NCBI GenBank assembly: GCA_965153355.1
Contig: OZ231126.1
Coordinates: forward strand, 26,846,001 to 26,910,000
Reading direction: 5' to 3'
Source: Flaccisagitta enflata
Lineage: Eukaryota
DNA: 64,000 nt
Part shown: positions 26,822 to 42,807 of the stretch, piece by piece
How positions within the stretch are numbered: position 1 is the stretch's first letter
Layout: each line of letters starts with the position of its first letter
Made by a program: the position numbers and the translations under genes
The notes under the pieces: model-generated
What the model saw: only the letters and a program-made list of their open reading frames with translations
Told to the model about the DNA's origin: nothing
Database searches by the model: none

Positions 26822-28480
26822 CACATACACACGCGCGCATGATATCGGTGTCATCTTTTAGAAATTCATTCTGGGCATTAGGATATTTCATAAGTTTGTT
26901 GAATTTCGAGGCTAGATTATCTTTAGTTTTTTTTCCAAATGAAACTTTGAAATCATAGCTTTCTTTTTAGTTGCGGACACGCAACTCTATAAGAGGCTTT
27001 GTCCGTTGGTCGGTCCGTTGGCTGGTCCGTTGGTTGGTCCGTTGGTCGGTCCGTTGGTACGTCACGCTCAAGTTGAAAAGTGGGATAACGCGCATTTCCG
27101 CCCCTGCCCACCCGTCCGCAACTGGTGTCCGTGTATCCGGCCTTGTTCTTTTCCTTTTCTGACCACTGGCCACTTACTGCCTTTGGGCTGCTATTTTATA
27201 TCAGGTTTCCTCAATGACCTTCCTCGGAGAGAAAAAAACATGGCTACCCTATTCGCGTGCTGGTGGGCAGGAGCAGTGCTGGAGAAGGTCACTGGATCAT
27301 CAGGGCAGAAGCCATATGCTCACCTAGTCATCCAAGGATCACACATGATCAGCGGTACCCTGCTGGGAGTGCACTATAGTCTGTACTAAATAAGTATTTC
27401 CACACCCTAAAATGGTTTCGGAATGATATACCAATTATTTTCTCTCAGGAAATCATCTTCTGAGTCTGAGAGTGTAACCCAAGAATCATAGCAATGGCGT
27501 GACTCCGTCACCCTCAGCGGCACCAAAACGAAAAAATTACAGCAACTCATTTCTACATAGATTAGCCAAGATTATGAGTCAAACTATCATATGAGGGTTT
27601 TTTCTGATTCGTTTTAACTCCTTGTTGCATTCACAGAAGGGGCATGACTGCGCAACTGTCTGACTGTCCAAAAAGTCAAATTTTGTTGTTTTTTAGATGT
27701 TTTGGGCTCGATTAGACAAGATTAAACTCTCACCTATAGCGCATGGGTTTAATCTGAATCACTCAGTTGTCAAGAGTATCCTATTTTACGAGCATGTCCG
27801 CCAAAATCCTAATTTGTCTGATATCGCCATTTATGTATTTCCAGTCTAACGAGCTTTGAAGTTTACCTAAAGATCTATTCTTGGCTCAAGTCGATCAATG
27901 CTTATGTTTGTTGTCACGTTACCTTGGTTATGCCATTCAGATAATCGTTAAAGTGCTGGTTCGTGCATTATGTGTAGTGGAACTATGACAGTGTTCATTA
28001 TGTAACATTACAACTGCGCTTGACATAGAAGTTTTGGTCGTTGTTGATGCAGGGAATCGATTTCAACAACAAAACAAGGACAAAAAAAAAAATCAATAAG
28101 AACAACAACAAAAAGAACTACCAATAAAAACACTAACAACGAATAGCAACAAGAACAACAAAAAGGACAAAAACAATAACGAAAACAACGCCGCCAATAA
28201 CGATGACAACGACAATAGCAATACCGGTAGGAATGCCCATGACAATAACAACAATGATAATTACAACAACAACAATCACGTTAACAACCACAACACGACA
28301 ATTACAACAGCAACAACGATGATAACAACAATGATGACAGCAACAACTATGCAAATGACGATAACAATGGCAATAACGACAACAAGAACAACAACAGCAA
28401 CATCAACAATAACAAAAACAACAACATCAACAACAACAACAACCACAACAACAACAACAACAACAACTAGAGTGAGTGAG

Positions 28481-28535
<55 letters not shown>

Positions 28536-28537
28536 CC

Positions 28538-28594
<57 letters not shown>

Positions 28595-28697
28595 AACAAC
28601 AATAACAACAACAATAATAACAACAACCAGAGTGGGGGAGAACAATAACAACACGCGATCTTCAATGTACTTGTTGGTTTGGTCATTTTTTCGTTTT

Positions 28698-28864
28698 TAG
28701 TTGCGGACACGCGACTCTACACCTTGCCATGTCGGTCGGTAGGTCGGTCGGTAGGTCGGTTGGTCGGTCGGTCGGTAGGTCACATTTTTGAATTCCGAGC
28801 GGTTTTTGCATTACTGCTCCTGCCCAACCGTCCGCGACTGGATTGCCGTGTATCCGGCCTTGTT
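28698..28864 (+). mobile_element. HINE-like element, AGTTGCGGAC subfamily (other copies ~16179-16345 -, ~26968-27147, ~43707-43906, ~46360-46525)
   Basis: agttgcggacacgc(g/a)act hairpin, GTCG/GTCC microsatellite, 3' gtccgc(g/a)act followed by gccgtgtatccggccttgtt. Confidence 0.75.
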
Positions 28865-28920
28865 TCGTTTGATCGTTCATTTGTTCCTGAATTCTTTATC
28901 ATATTTCTAGACATTTCTGG

Positions 28921-29027
<107 letters not shown>

Positions 29028-29449
29028 TCAGCAGATCGAGATGCAGATGGAGAGGGGATATCGGCGCAAATCCCTCACTGAATTAGACGCCGTCGCAGCT
29101 ACGGGACATTAGAAGATAAAGCAGGCCAACAATATCGATTTATAGCTTTATTGTCTAGCAAATGCTATGCTGGTTGCTCATAGAATTTTGATAACGACAT
29201 GGTTGCGATGGCAAGATGCGCCGCATGCTGCTTTATCTTGTAGTATCTGAGCTGACTAATATATGGTTTCTTCGGTCATTGCAATCATTTTCTCGCACCT
29301 ATACTTCTGCCAAAAAATAAGAACACCTCCTGTATCTGCATCGCATCGGTCGATTCATGCCCGCGCAACAAAAACAAAATAAAAAAAAAAACAATAACAA
29401 TAACAAAAACAAAAAAATAACAGAATCAAAAACAATCTGTGTACTTAGC

Positions 29450-30600
<1,151 letters not shown>

Positions 30601-30809
30601 AATTTAGCTTTTACAACGAAGTTGGGAAATTCTCCCAAAACCGATTGAAAAATTTACGAACATACTGACTAATTGAAAAAAGTAAAAATGATTTCTTAGC
30701 TCACTCAACACTAGGACTAGGAGTTACTATGAATAGGGGAAACGGTTTAGTGCATAGGAAGGAGTAGAAACAAAGGATAGTCAAGTTTTCCGACATCAAG
30801 AACAACAGC

Positions 30810-30898
<89 letters not shown>

Positions 30899-31377
30899 CG
30901 AACAACAGCAACAACAACAACAACGAGTAGAAGCAAAAGAAAAAGAAAGTAATAAACAAAAACAAAAACAGATTATGAAAGCGCATCAAAAATGCACAAC
31001 AATGATAAAATCGGAATCAACCACGTGATCAGAGAACAAGGCCGGATACACGGCTACCCAAGTCGCGTGCGGGTGGGCAGGGGTTATATTTGAGGTCACT
31101 CAATCATTTGGGCGGGAGTATTGAGGCCAAAGACCGGAAAAAAATCTAAAAGATAAAATGTGACTGACCAATTGACAGACCAACGTAAGGACCGACGAAG
31201 CGGGGTCTAAAGTCGCGTAGCACGCGACTAGAAAGAGAAGGCTAGAAAGCTGGAATGGTTCCATATATCGAGCAACTCGAGGTTCGACAAATGAAACTTT
31301 TGAACAGCTGAATCAGGGTCACAGACACAGTCACAGTCTCCATCCTAATTGCAGTGAATTAGGGCCCGGAGGAGCAG

Positions 31378-31485
<108 letters not shown>

Positions 31486-31640
31486 GAGAGAGACAGAGAG
31501 AGTTAAAGGTTCTTCTCTCCTTCGAAGGATTGTCGAGTCTCGGTAGAATGTTGTTGTTCTGAAGTGTGAAATAGGATTTTCGCATTGGGAGCATTAATTT
31601 AACTTCAAAGGGAACCTCTAAGGGATCTTTGCCATTGAAA

Positions 31641-34433
<2,793 letters not shown>

Positions 34434-34539
34434 CGGTCGAAGGGTACCCGCTAATAACCTAAACTAGGTTACCATTTTATCAATGACCGGAAATCGGAAT
34501 ACAACAATAAACCGATCGAGTGACTCGGTTTCTTCTCTC

Positions 34540-34667
<128 letters not shown>

Positions 34668-35313
34668 CCATCAAATTTGATGATCATTTGCTTAATTTTT
34701 ATAAATTGAAAGTAAACAAAAGTTTATCAAACATAAAAAAATGGAAAAAAATGCAGAAGTTAAAAAAGAAAAGCTTAAACCAAATTAAAAAACTGAATAG
34801 AAATTAAAAAAGTAAAAAACATAAAAAATTAAAAAAAGATAAAAAGTGACAAATCTAAAAAACAATAAATAATAAAAAGAGTAAAAGTAAATAGCTACTA
34901 AAGTGCAAGATTAAAAAAAAATCAGTGCTATTCTTAAATGATCCACACTTAATCATCATGCAAAAAAAAAATGTCAGTATGCAAATAAAAATCGATAATA
35001 ACCGCAACCGGAAGTCGGTTATAGTAGTATCTGAACCGAACCTATATTCGCGATTTTTAATTTATTAATTGAACCTAATTGAACCGATTTTTATAAGCCA
35101 GATCGCCGAACTCTAGTCACGCAAACTGCGGTGTTTATGACAAGATGATTGACCATTTCTTGTTGGTTCACGGAGGAGTCAAAAAGTTGGTCTGTCCGCA
35201 TCAAAATTGCGTCAGATCGTTTAGGACAAAAAGAACCTTGGCATTACACGCGAAGAAGCATGATGTTAGACCCTAATCAAATGTGGTGCTCTGGAAAATC
35301 AGGATACTTACTT

Positions 35314-35514
35314 TTTAGTTGCGGAAACGCAACTCTATAAGAGGCTTTGTCCGTCCATTGGTCCGTCGGTCCATCGGTCCGTCCTTCTGGGGTCATCAAG
35401 TTGAACAGTTGGAAAACGAGCATTCTTGATACTTTTTGTGTATGTTTGAGTGTCGGGGGTAAGATACCCCTGCCCATCCGTCCATAACGATATTGTGACC
35501 CCGCGTCACTTGTT
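35314..35514 (+). mobile_element. HINE-like element, GTGACCCCGCGTCAC 3'-hairpin subfamily (other copies ~10367-10602 -, ~26020-26206, ~44768-45007 -, ~61018-61218)
   Basis: Same 5' hairpin and GTCC tract as the AGTTGCGGAC subfamily, with a different 3' stem-loop (gtgac-cccgc-gtcac-ttgtt). Confidence 0.7.
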
Positions 35515-36838
35515 GAACACATACTAATTCATTCACTCATTTGTTCGTTCATTCATTTTCGTCATTCATTCACCCATTCATCCATTAAATGCACCTTTTC
35601 CATTGACTAAACGAACACCGTTGATTTTACATAATTACATAAACATGACAATATCGTGATGAATCTGTGTGTATCTAGCTGCTCCTATAATTGTCCAAGT
35701 CTAGTGGCCCGTGAAATCACAAAACCATGAAAGATATTGTGATACAGTTCGAAACCGTAATCTAGGTATTTCATGATTTCATACAAGTAGAGTGAGTCAG
35801 TGATCAGTTGTGGACACGTAACTCTATAAGAGGCTTGTCTGTCCATCCATCCGTCCGTCTGTGAGTATGTGTCGAAAAGAGGTAAAACGAGCGTTTTAAA
35901 TGCTTTTTGTGGGGGGGGGGGTATGGATGGGGGTTGGACGCCCCACCCAATCGCAACAATATTGTGAACCTGTGTCACTTGTTTTGACTAATGTGCACGT
36001 GACCCTGTAAGAATACATTTTGATTGGCCTCTAATTGTAAAGTTTGTCTTTTATTTGGAGTTCCTGTCCCTTACCATGCCAAAGTGCTAGCTACTCGGAC
36101 TTTGACAGACCCTTCTGCAAACTGCTTAGTTCATGCACAACATATTTGCGACTACTTCTTCCTAGAATTTGAACTTCATTTTTTATTCCTTTTGCCTTGG
36201 CTAGAAACGACTGTTTAACGATAGTCCAATTTCTTGCGCAAATAAGTAATGATAATGATTTTACAGTCACTTGATATGCATTTAGATTCGGGCAAACACT
36301 GTTTGTTGCAAATATATTCTAATGACGTTTTTTACATAATTTGATATCAAGGAATTCGATGTGCAGGCGAAAAAAATTTGAAACAAATTGTTAAGAGACA
36401 GACTAGACACATTAGAAAAAGGCCGTGTACACGACTACACGGTTAATAACTAGTAAGTATTCGCTTGGGGGTGGGCAGATGCAGTAATGCCGGGGGGCAG
36501 GGGTAGTTATGGGCAGAGGAACTAGGAAGTAACGCTCAGAAATCACAATTTCGTTAGATTTCGCATCATCTAAGAAAGAGTTCTGTCCTTCCGACAGACC
36601 TATCGACTTTCTTGGAGAGCGTCTAAAAAAGAATAATGATGGCTGCTTAAAAAATGCGTCTAAAAAGGTAAAATGATGGCTGCTACCGTGGACTGTCAAT
36701 AAATAGCAAACTTTCAGCGAGCTGTTTACAGACAGCCAAGTGGCTCAAAATTGAGTTGTCTCTAAACTAAAGATTAGTCAAATGGGATTTCGCTGTAGCT
36801 TGTTGCTGTGTGAGTTTTTAAATGATTTGCTCTTTGAC

Positions 36839-39800
36839 TTAAACATCTTCCTCATCTTCGAAAATGTTCATTAAAGGATGTTGATCATCATCATCATCAT
36901 CATCATCATCGGCCATTGCATCGAAAACTGGAACTGATTTAGGTTTTGGCTCTTTCCTTTCGTATGTCGTGGGAGTTTCAAACTGAATTTCCTCCTTTAT
37001 TGTGAACAAGTGGATGGTGTGTGGGTCGAGTCTGAATGACTTATTGCGCATTATTTCCTGCAAGTGGACTTCCAGCTGTCGTAAATTAGAAATTTTATCT
37101 GATGTCACAATAGAGTGGCCACTGACTTGGTCGTGATAGATGAGTCTGAGTTGTTTTTTTGCCTTCATTGGGCAACTGTCAGTCTGTCCAACATGAGTAA
37201 AAACATCTTTATTAGATGTGGGAAAATGATCGAGTTTGTGAGGAACAGAATCTTTCAAGAAATCAGCAGGTTGCTCCGCAAGAAATATTGGAGTATCGAC
37301 ACTATTTTTTGGCTCTCGATGGCCTTTGTCAAACAGCAAATGCTCCTCTGTCACTGCGAGAGTATCATCACATTTTTGCGTATCTGAGTTTTCAACTTCT
37401 TCAGATTGAGCTCTTTTCGGGTCTCTTTGAGTTTTTGTGTCTCTGGATATCATCGTAATAGCTTCTGTGGGCACCTCTGCAAGCTGTTTATTGGAAGCAC
37501 TATCAGTGTCAGTTTCTTGGATCTGTACTGCGCTAAAAGCTGTAATGATACTTGTGCTAATAGTTCTGAAAGTATCAATAGCGATCCTAAAAGCTGTGTA
37601 GATAACCCTGACAATATTAGATTTCTCAGCTTCATCTGAATACATAGCCAGCCTAGAGGTATTGGTTTCCTTGGGAAGAGTTTCCTCAATAGGAAAATAA
37701 CTCTCTGATGAATCACCTTCGTGATTATGACTTGTGCCTTTTTTCAATGGAGAATTGAAATTACACCGTTTTTTTAACTGGTTGAAGCCCTCTTCATATT
37801 TCATAAAAGTGATATTTGCAACTTCTTGCATGTCCTCACTGCATACTTTAACCAAAAGACTGTCTGGCTCTTGAATTTCCCTCCTATTGATGATAGCTTG
37901 GCACTCCTTCTCCTCATGTTTTTTATGTGCTAGTGCAAACTTCACTAGAGGCGCCTCACTTGTGTCGGAAGTTAGGATGCCTAGCTGCTCCACCATAAAA
38001 GAATGCATCAAGATCCATTTAAAATCCCTTTCAACATCTTTTGCCAGATTGTCAAGCTTCTGGTCAAAAGCGTTGTCATGACTCCAAATATCACGGAGCT
38101 CTTTTAAAAATTTTTTCACCTGTAAACATGGATCTGTTTTCACCCTAACCACTGTCCCTTCAGGGTTTGGTACTCGGTATTTCACTCGATATGCTTCAGT
38201 TTGATCTCTCCATTTGCCTTCATTTGTAATCAAGAAACGGTTGCTCTCAAGCAACTCCAGATTCTTAGCGTAAACTTGGTAGTCAGCTGATGGTTGCTTG
38301 GGTATTTGAAAGTACTCCCGCATTTTAGTCAGCAGCTTCATTTGTTTCGCTGGTAAGAATAAAGCGGGATGTCCATCTAGAATTTGTGCCATCTCGGAGG
38401 GGTTCTCATCGGCCACTAGGACCTGCAGAAGATTTTGCATGGCAATAGAACAAGCAGTCTCAACACCATGAATTTGGTTGTAAAAGTGTTTGCTCTCAAA
38501 AATGGAGTGGACCAACCTAGGTGGTCTTTTGAAAGAACATTTGCAAACTTTGATGCAATCAAAGGCACGGTCACCATCACAGCAGGGATAATTTTCATTC
38601 CATTGAAACATGAAGCACTCTCTGCCCATCTCCAAACACTCGGGGGAGATGATAGAGGTATTGTAAAACAGGTTTGACAACAGATTTTTTATGCCAATGA
38701 TGGCTCGGAGGAGCAGCACCCAATGAGCCTCGATGGTTCGTTTATTAGCCATGGACAGAGTTACATCAACTGTGTTGTGCTCAGTGCAACTTATAAACAT
38801 TCTGTAAGGTTCCCAATTGATGACATGGCTACCTTCAAAACACTCAATTTTAAGTTGCTGTTCAACTCCTGTCAGTCTGGCAAGACTAATGCAACCTTCA
38901 AATATGCACACAGACATTTGTGAAAACATGCTTGTTGATATCCTGTTTTTGGTGCCTTGTATTTCCTGAAATTTAAATGAAACAGTCAGGTGTTGACTTG
39001 GTTTCCAAGGAGTTCCTTTGTACCTTCCTTCTCTTTTGGTAAAAAACGGTATGATACACACCCCTTCATCAAGTTCATAATCATGAATGATGGTCAAAAT
39101 GTTCACCTGCTTCAGTGTAGACAGAAATGCAACAAATGCGTCTTTTTCAAGTTCTGCCATCTGAGGACAAGAACTAAAAAAGTTTGGGTCCTTGTATTCC
39201 ATTGCAATCTTCATACTTCCTCTGATGCAACATTTTGCAAAAAGCATTTGAGCCAGTTTTACAGGTATTTTCCCCTCAGTAAGCAATTTGATGGTGTGAG
39301 TATATTTTGCATCATTTTTTGAATATTCATGTTCTGCATAGCTTCTGACAATAGCCTCTTGCTCGTGACTGAAGACACTCTTCAAAAGGGAACACAACGG
39401 CAACATCTGATGGAATACAATCTGCCTCCTTTCTTTAGATGGTCCCCAAACAATCGACCCCATACAAGCATAAGCCTCGAGTATCTTCATTGTTTGCCAC
39501 TCACTTTCGTGGGGATCATAAATTGGGTAATTTGTCTCATCTTCTCCTTTGCTTACTTTCAAATCAACTCTGAGTAAATCATTGTTTTCCTCACCGCCAT
39601 CATCACAAGACTCTTTCACCTTTGTTGTAGAAGATGCCTCACTCATACTTCCCTCAACCTCATGCTCAATCTCATGCTCAACCTCTTCCGTATTTTGCTC
39701 TTTGTCAGAGCCGAGATTGTTTCCGTCAATCTCCTCGTCATGAGGATGACTCATTTTGAATTCATGTTTAACAATCTCTAGTGGTACAAATAGGTCATTC

Positions 39801-41026
39801 TTGTACCTCTCCATAATGGCATCGTAAACCAGTTTCCATCTTTTTGGGACTGCAACATTGAATTGTCTTTTGATCAGCTCAACGATATTCAGATTCAGTT
39901 GCTTCAAACCATCGGGAACGACCTCCACACCTTCCACATTGTCACTGAGATTGAGGTTGTTTTCAAATATGGGTGTATATGCTTCTCCAGTTTTTGAACT
40001 GAAACCAATCATCAAATCAGAATTAAATCCAGGCACAAAATGCAGCAAATGATCGATTTTTTGCAGCTGTTTTTTGATGATGCTTGTTTCTTCTCTTCCT
40101 GATCCTGCTTCCTCCTGCGTTTTAGATTTCTCTTTCCCTCCCTCTCTTGTTTCCAGGACTTTTAGTCTTTCTTCAAGGTGTGCTCTCATATACTCATGCC
40201 TTCCAGTCATTTCCTCTCGAATTTCTTCCAAAAGTATCTTGATCTTCCCCATACATATTGCGATCTGTCTTTGTCAACACAACAATGAAATTGGCACCAA
40301 AGACAGCTTCAGTAATTCTTTGGATCCAACTTTTGACATTTTGAAGCAGTACTCCTTCATTTATAAGTAAACTCTTACAGCTTAGGACTAGCGCAAATAA
40401 TCCATGATTTCTACTGAGAAGAGGCATAGTAAGGTTGTAGTCCACATGCCCTCCTATGTCAGAGATATTCAAACTGAATTCACCAACTTGAGCTTGATAA
40501 ACATCAGCCGCTTCGGTTCTGTCTTCCTTGCTTATATTGTCTGCTTGCGGACTTTTCTTCTCTAGAGTGCGCCCAAATGAAGTCTTTCCCTCCATCGTAT
40601 CGCCAACAAGCAAGATGCCGGTTTGATTTGGAATGAGCATTTTGTCAGCAGGAAAGAGCATTAGGAATTTCAAGGTTTCCTCCTCTCCTTGTGCGTATAC
40701 AAAGTAAGGAACGTATGTTAGGGGGTTGTGATCCAGATTTATGACATTTAGACTTACGCGCTCATCAATGAGTTCATGTAAATATGACGGGGGTCTGTGA
40801 GCTGAAAAAAGGACAGAAACACTTGCTCGATTGTCATCAAACTTTCCTCCCAGTTGGAGAAAGTCAACCATTTCTTTTTGAGGAAGTATTTTGATTTGGT
40901 TGTGACTCAAGTTTAAATACAATCCACCGCGAATGAAGGAAGAATCGACAGTTTCCAGAGAACAGTGGGATGCATCAAGCATTTTCAACGCTGAATCAAC
41001 AGGCAGTTTTGGAAGGTGAATCAAAC
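36839..41026 (-). CDS. ROCO protein exon 2: last LRRs, Roc GTPase, COR and a C-terminal extension; contains a 1-nt frameshift near 40250
   Basis: Pre-Roc motif NPLTYVP..G..ETLKFL; P-loop GDTMEGKTS; switch I RT; G3 DIGGH; G4 TKTD. After the frame change come G5-like FSSKTGE and COR-like motifs (VPKRW, ILEAYACMGSIVW, EGKIP, CIIPFF). Acceptor ttttttcgtAG ends at 41027. Confidence 0.8.
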
Positions 41027-41350
41027 CTACGAAAAAAGGCCAAGGATGAAAAAAAAGCCATTAAATGTTGTTTCATTTCCAAACCCTAGTATTGTAAACA
41101 GGGAGATCTGGACTGGCTCTTTTTGAAGGAGCGCTGCTTCTAAATAAATGGAGCAACAGACGACAGATTGGACGCATTTGAAAGAGTTTTGATAACGCTT
41201 AAGATTGAGGCCAATCTGGGGTCTGAAGCTCTATTTGGCTGGGAGTAGTGTTGAGAGCCAGTCCAGATTTCTCTGCTCACCCTGTTATCCTCATTGAGGC
41301 AGTACCAGTAGCGAGTTATTTCTACTTACTTTCTTATGTTTTTGCAGTTA

Positions 41351-41393
<43 letters not shown>

Positions 41394-41621
41394 AGTTTTG
41401 TTCCTTTTTCGTGATAGCTGTAGGTTTTACAATTCTCGTCATCATCAGTTCCTTAGCGCTAAGCGTCCTCATCCTAAACACCTTCATTGTCATCATCATC
41501 ACCTTTATCATCACCAATATCGTCATCATCATTGGCATAACCGCTATCATTGCCATCATCTTCATTCTTCATTCATATCATCATTAGTATCATCAAATCA
41601 AATATTTGTAAATGAATTCAC

Positions 41622-42148
41622 CTTTGTTTCTGCATAGGTTGACTTTCTCCAATCGATGATGAAAGAAGTCGTCGGGCAGTGATTGAATGTTACAGAAATG
41701 CAGCTCAAGCTCAACCAATTTATTTGTTGATTTCAGCTCTGAAAAGTCAATTCTTTTCAAGTTATCGTTGCACGTTGCAAAAATTCTCTTCAGAGTGTTA
41801 ATTTGTAACAGCCAGGAAGGGAGTGTCTCTAAGTTGTTACTTCGAAAATTGACGATTTCAATCGCCGGGAGCTTCTCGTTCCAGCGAGGGACCTTCGTCA
41901 AATCGCGTCCTGGCATGCGCGGGCCATTTCCGTAGAGACAAACTCTCGTCAGATCTGTCAGTTTCTCCGCGCCCTCGACGGTCATCACGGGATTCCCGTG
42001 ATTCAAATCGAGCCATTTAATTATTTTGGCGCGATCCTTATCAATGTCCACGATGATTTTCTTTATGCCCTTTGAAAACGGCAACTCAAGGTAGCCATTC
42101 TGATCGACGTAAGTAGAATGATCGATACGAAACACATTTTCACGTTGG

Positions 42149-42182
<34 letters not shown>

Positions 42183-42184
42183 GC

Positions 42185-42233
<49 letters not shown>

Positions 42234-42306
42234 GAGCATGTTGTTGAGCATGTTGTCTCTGTTGTTGTGGTGGTCGTAAATTGGAAAAGAAATGAATGCG
42301 TTGTTT

Positions 42307-42376
<70 letters not shown>

Positions 42377-42379
42377 GGC

Positions 42380-42415
<36 letters not shown>

Positions 42416-42481
42416 GGCTGTTGTTTACATTGTTTTTTTCGAACACTTTGATGTTGTTGTTGTTGTTGTTGTTGTTGTTGC

Positions 42482-42515
<34 letters not shown>

Positions 42516-42553
42516 GAGGTCGAACATGTTTTTGTCGCTGTCGCGATCTTACA

Positions 42554-42647
<94 letters not shown>

Positions 42648-42807
42648 GAATCTGTTGTTGTGAATGTTGCCGTTTTTGCTGTTGATGGTTTTGAATCTCC
42701 TGCGGGCTTTCTGGTTCCTGTTGGTTTTCTTGTTGCTGATATCGTTGTTGTTTATCCTCCACATCTTTTTGCGTCACGTCTTCGCTCTCTGGACAGGTTG
42801 CCTCCAT
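41622..42807 (-). CDS. ROCO protein exon 1: polyQ N-terminus plus leucine-rich repeats
   Basis: ATG at 42807; LRRs such as IEIVNFRSNNLETLP and LVELELHFCNIQSLP. A phase-1 donor (G|GTGAAT) joins exon 2 to give LEKVNLCRNKGLIHLP. Confidence 0.8.

Noticed and set aside
40199-40254. A 55-nt GT-AG intron that would repair the ROCO frameshift
   Set aside because: It is purine-rich with no pyrimidine tract and removes plausible helical coding sequence; a 1-nt indel is simpler.
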